From assembly GCA_002269645.1 (NCBI GenBank), contig NIVC01001628.1, forward strand, positions 62,001 through 126,000: a stretch of 64,000 nucleotides of DNA. Direction: 5' to 3'. Source of the stretch: Macrostomum lignano (lineage: Eukaryota). The notes under the pieces are model-generated. The model had not been told where the DNA came from, did no database searches, and was given only the letters and a program-made list of their open reading frames with translations. Both the position numbers and the translations under genes were made by a program. This document shows positions 60,164-64,000 of this stretch, piece after piece (the first letter of the stretch is position 1; each line of letters begins with the position of its first letter).

Positions 60164-63100
60164 CTACGTGCTGAAGCTGGGATTCTCCAGGCCGGTGTCC
60201 AGCTGGATCTGCACCCGCGGGGCGCTGCTGCTCTCCAGGTTCACCGCGTCTGTGGACTTCGACCAGTTGGCGTTGGTGAAGCCGCTCTCGGCGCCGTCTA
60301 CGGACTTCGGCCCGGTACGCCTCCGGTAGATGATCACCGCCGCCACCACGCCTGCGAGCAGCAGGAGGAAGGCCAGCACCGCAATGGCCACCAGCACGTC
60401 GTTCCTCAGGTCTGGCGAGTGGGTGGCAGTGACGTTTTGAATTCAATTCAATGGGCACAGTGGGGTAGAAATGGATAGGAAGAGTGGAGTAGGAATGGAT
60501 AGGCAGAGTGGGGTAGAAATGGATAGGCAGAGTGGGGTAGGAATGGATTGGCACAGTGGGGTAGGAATGGATAGGCAGAGTGGGATAGGAATGGATTGGC
60601 GCAGTGGGATAGGAATGAATAAGCAGAGTGGGATAGGAATGGATTGGCACAGTGGGGTAGGAATGGATAGGCAGAGTGGGGTAGGAATGGATAGGCAGAG
60701 TGGGGTAGGAATGGATAAGGAAGGCGGCGCAGAGGGATGGAGACGGCAACTATCAAGAAGAAGCCTGCGCTTCACAAACCAGCAATGATGCGACCGCTTT
60801 CGACTCCTGGCTTCGTGGTGGACGCCGGCGCCGTGGTGCGGGTGGAGGTGGTGCTCCGAGTTGGCTGCGCCGTGTGCGGCGGCGCCCGAGTCGTGGTGGT
60901 GGAGATCCCGTGCGGGGGAGTCGTGGTGGAGCCCACGGTGGCGGGCAGCTTGGGCATCTTGCAGATGTAGGAGTTCCTCTTGTTGCAATAGTGATCATTC
61001 CACTTCAGGTTTAGGTGGTACATCTCCACACAGTTCTCGTTGGGCGTGTTGGACGGCTCGCCGCCGTTCCAGTACGTGTAGCCCACCGGGCTGTTGTCCG
61101 TCCACTCGAAGCTGCTGTCCCGGCCGCGCAGCAGGCCGATCCAGTAGTCCCTGCGGGTACTTTCATCCTGAGCCTTGCTGCGCACGAGCCTGGCAACGAA
61201 GTCCTGCTCGCCCTGGCTCAGGATGCTCACCAGGCTGCTGCGGTACCGCTTGCTGCACTCGTACATCGCCTCGGAGGCCTGCTTGGACTCGGTGCTGTTG
61301 CCCACGTAGTAGCAGCTGCTGCCGAATGGCGAGAACTCGTCCGGGCACACGCCCGGCAGCTGGGGCACCGTGGTCGGCACCGGGCCGAGGCTCTGCCTGC
61401 AGACAAAGTTCAGCCTGTCATCGCAGTCGCCGGCGAACCAGCTGCCCGTGTAGTCCATGAACACGCAGCTCTTCTTGCCGCCGCCGTCCGGCTGGCCGCG
61501 GCCCCAGTTCGCGAACGTCAGCGGCCACTTGTCGCTCCAGACGAACTGGCCGCTGCCCAGCTCGTCGGCCAGGCCGATCCAAGTCGACTCCCGGCCGATC
61601 GACTCGGTTTTGAAGTGCACAAAGTTCTGCTCCCACAGGTCGTGGATTGAGGCCAGCTGGCCGCCCATGGAGCTGCAGGTGGCCACGGCGCCGGTCCAGG
61701 TGGCCGGGGTGGTGACGAACTGGAAGCAGGCTTGCTCGTAGGCGTGCCAGCCGGGCCTGCAGGCGACCATGGTCGGCGGCACCCAGTCGGTGACGAGCTC
61801 CGGGTGCTTGTAGGTCATGCAGACGTAGCCGGTCTTCTTGGTGCACCGCTGGTCGTTCCACTTGCCTGCTCGGTACTTTTCCGTGTACATCTCCACGCAT
61901 TGCTCCTGCACATGGTTTTAGGCAGAGTTAAGCAAAGCTGGTCGCGGTTAGTTACCCCTAAAACAACCTATTTAGGTTGAGCTATAAGTTCACCACGCTG
62001 GGCTTCGGTAGAAATGCAGGGTGGGAACTGCGACCCCGACAGTCTCAACGTGTCTCAAATAATTGCTAAAGTACAATTAGAACTTGTATTGACAGAAGGG
62101 GTTGCAGCCTAATGGTTAGAGCAGGGGGTTGGCAAACCCGGGACCGCGGGCCGGCCTCGGGATCCATGAAGCTTCACAATAGCAATCTGGCCCGCTCAAG
62201 GTTTGTCTCTTCTTAGCTCTCCTCTTTCATCTTCCCTCTCACCTCTCTCCCCACGCCTCCCCTTCTCTTATCTCTCATCTCCACTCTCCTCTCTTATCTC
62301 CCTCTCTCTCCACTATTCTTCCCTTTTCTCCTTTATTCCCTCTCTCCTCTCCTCTCCTCGCTCTGACCCGCAGTCATGCGCTCGCTTCTCTATCTGGCCC
62401 TTACGTTAAAAAAGTTTGCCGACCCCTGGGTCAGAGCGTCGGACTGAAAATTCGGGGGTTCGATTCTCGATCCACTAGGAACAACTTGTGTCCTTGAGCA
62501 AGACACCTAACTCTGCATTGCTTCAGTTCACCCAGCTGTAAAATGGGTGCCAGCATTTGCTGGGGTAATTGAGGCTGTGTGTGGCGACCCCCCTCAGTCC
62601 TTGGAGCTGTCGATTGCAAGATCTTAGTTTAACTAAATATTGTTATTATTGAAAGACTAGCGAGGCGCACCCAAACGCTGCTGGGCTCCGCGTGATCCCA
62701 GTTGGTGTAGGAAACCTCGGAGTTGTCGTGCCAGAGGTACAGGTTCTGGAAGCTCCTGGTGTACAGTCCGATCCACAGCGCCTGGTCGGTCTTGGTTTTC
62801 ATTGCAGCCAGGGCAGCTGCGGGTTGGGAAAGTTTGGCAGGAGTTGCTCACAGACCTCACAGACCTGAGTGTGGCTTGAAGCCGTCTGCAAATGAGTCTC
62901 ACCCTGCTCATACTCGCTGGAGATGGACGCCAGGTAGCTTCTCGTTCCCGTGTCCACCTTCTCGCACTTCTCTCGGGCCTCAGCCCAGGTGGACGCGTCG
63001 TCCTCGTAGAAGCGGAAGCACTTGTTGCCGACGGTGTAGAAGCCCTTGGGACACCGGCCCGGCATGGGGGTCGCCGGCGGCAGCGTCCTGCTGGTGTCGT

Positions 63101-64000
63101 TGGACCGCTTGCAGATGTAGCGCAGGACGATGCCGCACTGGTCGTCGTTCCAGAGGCCCGAGTTGGAGATGATGGAGCCGCAGTGCTCAGCGCCGCCCCA
63201 GTTGTTGGGCTCGCCGTCATTCCAGTGCAGCAGGTTCACCCCGCTGCCGTCGCTCCAGCGGTAGCCCTCGTTCTGGCCGAGCTCGTTCAGGCCGATCCAG
63301 TAGGCCGCGCTGGTGATGTGCAGCTTGCTGATCAGGCCCGTCAGGAAGTCGTTCTCCTCGAAGCTGTGGATGCTTACCAGGTCGCCTCCTTGCTCCCGGC
63401 AGGTCTTCAAGCTCTGGTGCCAGGTGAGCAGCTGGGACGAGATCAGGTAGCACGACTCGTTGAAGTACTTCCAGCCATCTCCACAGTCCGGCGCGTCCGG
63501 AGGCGTTGTGGGCTCCGGCGTGGTGCCGTTGGGATAAATTCCTTTTGGCGTCTCGCACAGCCAGTTGGTGGCCACGCTGCAGCCCTGGAGCGTCCACTTC
63601 AAGTCGCTGGGGTTGATCACCGCGCAGTTCTGGTTGTTGCCGATGTTCTCCGGCTCCTCGCCGCCGCGCCAGTTGAAGTAGGAGACCGCCTTGCCGTCCG
63701 CCCAGACGAAGCCCTGGTTGGAGTCGCGCCTGTTCAGCCCGATCCAGAAGGCGTAGAAGCCGCGCACCGTCTCGCGCAGCTTGGCGTTGGCCTCCTCGCT
63801 ATTGATGGAGGCGAGGTCGCCGGCCAGCAGTTTGCACTGGGCGCGGGCCTCGGACCAGGACAGCCGGCCGGTGGACGAGCTGGCGCTGAAGGCCTTGTAG
63901 CAGGTGTTGTCGGCCTCCACCCAGCCTGGCGCGCAGTAGCCCGGGTTGTAGGTGGGAGCCAAGGTGGTGCGGCCCGGCTGCCGCGCCTGGCAGATGAAGT
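60164..64000 (-). CDS. Mannose-receptor-like type I membrane protein with tandem C-type lectin domains (5' truncated by the window edge); exons >64000-62903, 62816-62671, 61905-60780, 60411-60164
   Basis: Five complete CTLDs (CxxGW...CY...WIGL...C...W...C...YIC), a Thr-rich stalk, a TM helix (VLVAIAVLAFLLLLAGVVAAVIIY), and a tail with FTNANW and LENPSF. Intron phases are consistent. Confidence 0.92.
60455..60720. repeat. Minisatellite, 24-bp unit (last intron of the lectin receptor)
   Basis: Tandem GGATAGGCAGAGTGGGGTAGGAAT. Confidence 0.93.
62097..62600 (+). mobile_element. tRNA-derived CORE-type SINE, interrupted by a hAT MITE
   Basis: It has an A-box-like CAGCCTAATGGTT (62105) and a B box GGTTCGATTC (62457-62466). 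TGTGTCCTTGAGCAAGACACCTAACTCTGCATTGCTTCAGTTCACCCAGCTGTAAAATGGG resembles the MIR/CORE domain (recalled consensus). The 3' boundary is approximate. Confidence 0.7.
62122..62428. mobile_element. hAT (Charlie-like) MITE, 307 bp, with an internal CT-rich tract
   Basis: TIRs CAGGGGGTTGGCAAAC and GTTTGCCGACCCCTG, with an 8-bp TSD GGTTAGAG (62114-62121) / GGTCAGAG (62429-62436). Confidence 0.85.

Overview
This is eukaryotic animal DNA. GC-rich spliced genes with GT-AG introns alternate with about 27 unrelated minisatellite or low-complexity arrays and an AT-rich transposon-laden block (about 40.2-56 kb). The style resembles a free-living flatworm such as Macrostomum, which is an inference from composition only. 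Eight protein-coding genes could be reconstructed by hand: APEX2 (+, 6 exons, 542 aa); an RXR-type nuclear receptor with a shortened, divergent ligand-binding domain (+, 2 exons); a divergent POT/SLC15-like MFS transporter (-); an unknown 185-aa acidic protein with an in-frame 45-bp duplication (-); an EGFR-family kinase with an intronless CDS (-, 1091 aa); an unknown 414-aa Ala/Pro/Gln-rich protein (-, 3 exons); a ZDHHC3/7-type palmitoyltransferase (+, 5 exons, 362 aa); and the 3' part of a mannose-receptor-like multi-C-type-lectin receptor (-). The mobile elements are a 3.76-kb non-autonomous Helitron with canonical ends that carries two minisatellite arrays, a long-TIR element whose right arm is split by a nested 3.8-kb TIR element, several MITEs with target-site duplications, and a CORE-type tRNA-SINE interrupted by a hAT MITE. 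The most interesting leads are: a candidate operon resolved by spliced-leader trans-splicing (EGFR, then the 185-aa ORF, then the transporter); splice acceptors just upstream of nearly every start codon; a probably ligand-insensitive RXR whose intron holds nine AATAAA sites; Helitron-borne minisatellites; a cluster of triloop hairpins; and strong enrichment of TACATGTA, a possible Tc1 excision footprint. All coordinates were read by eye, and array boundaries are approximate.
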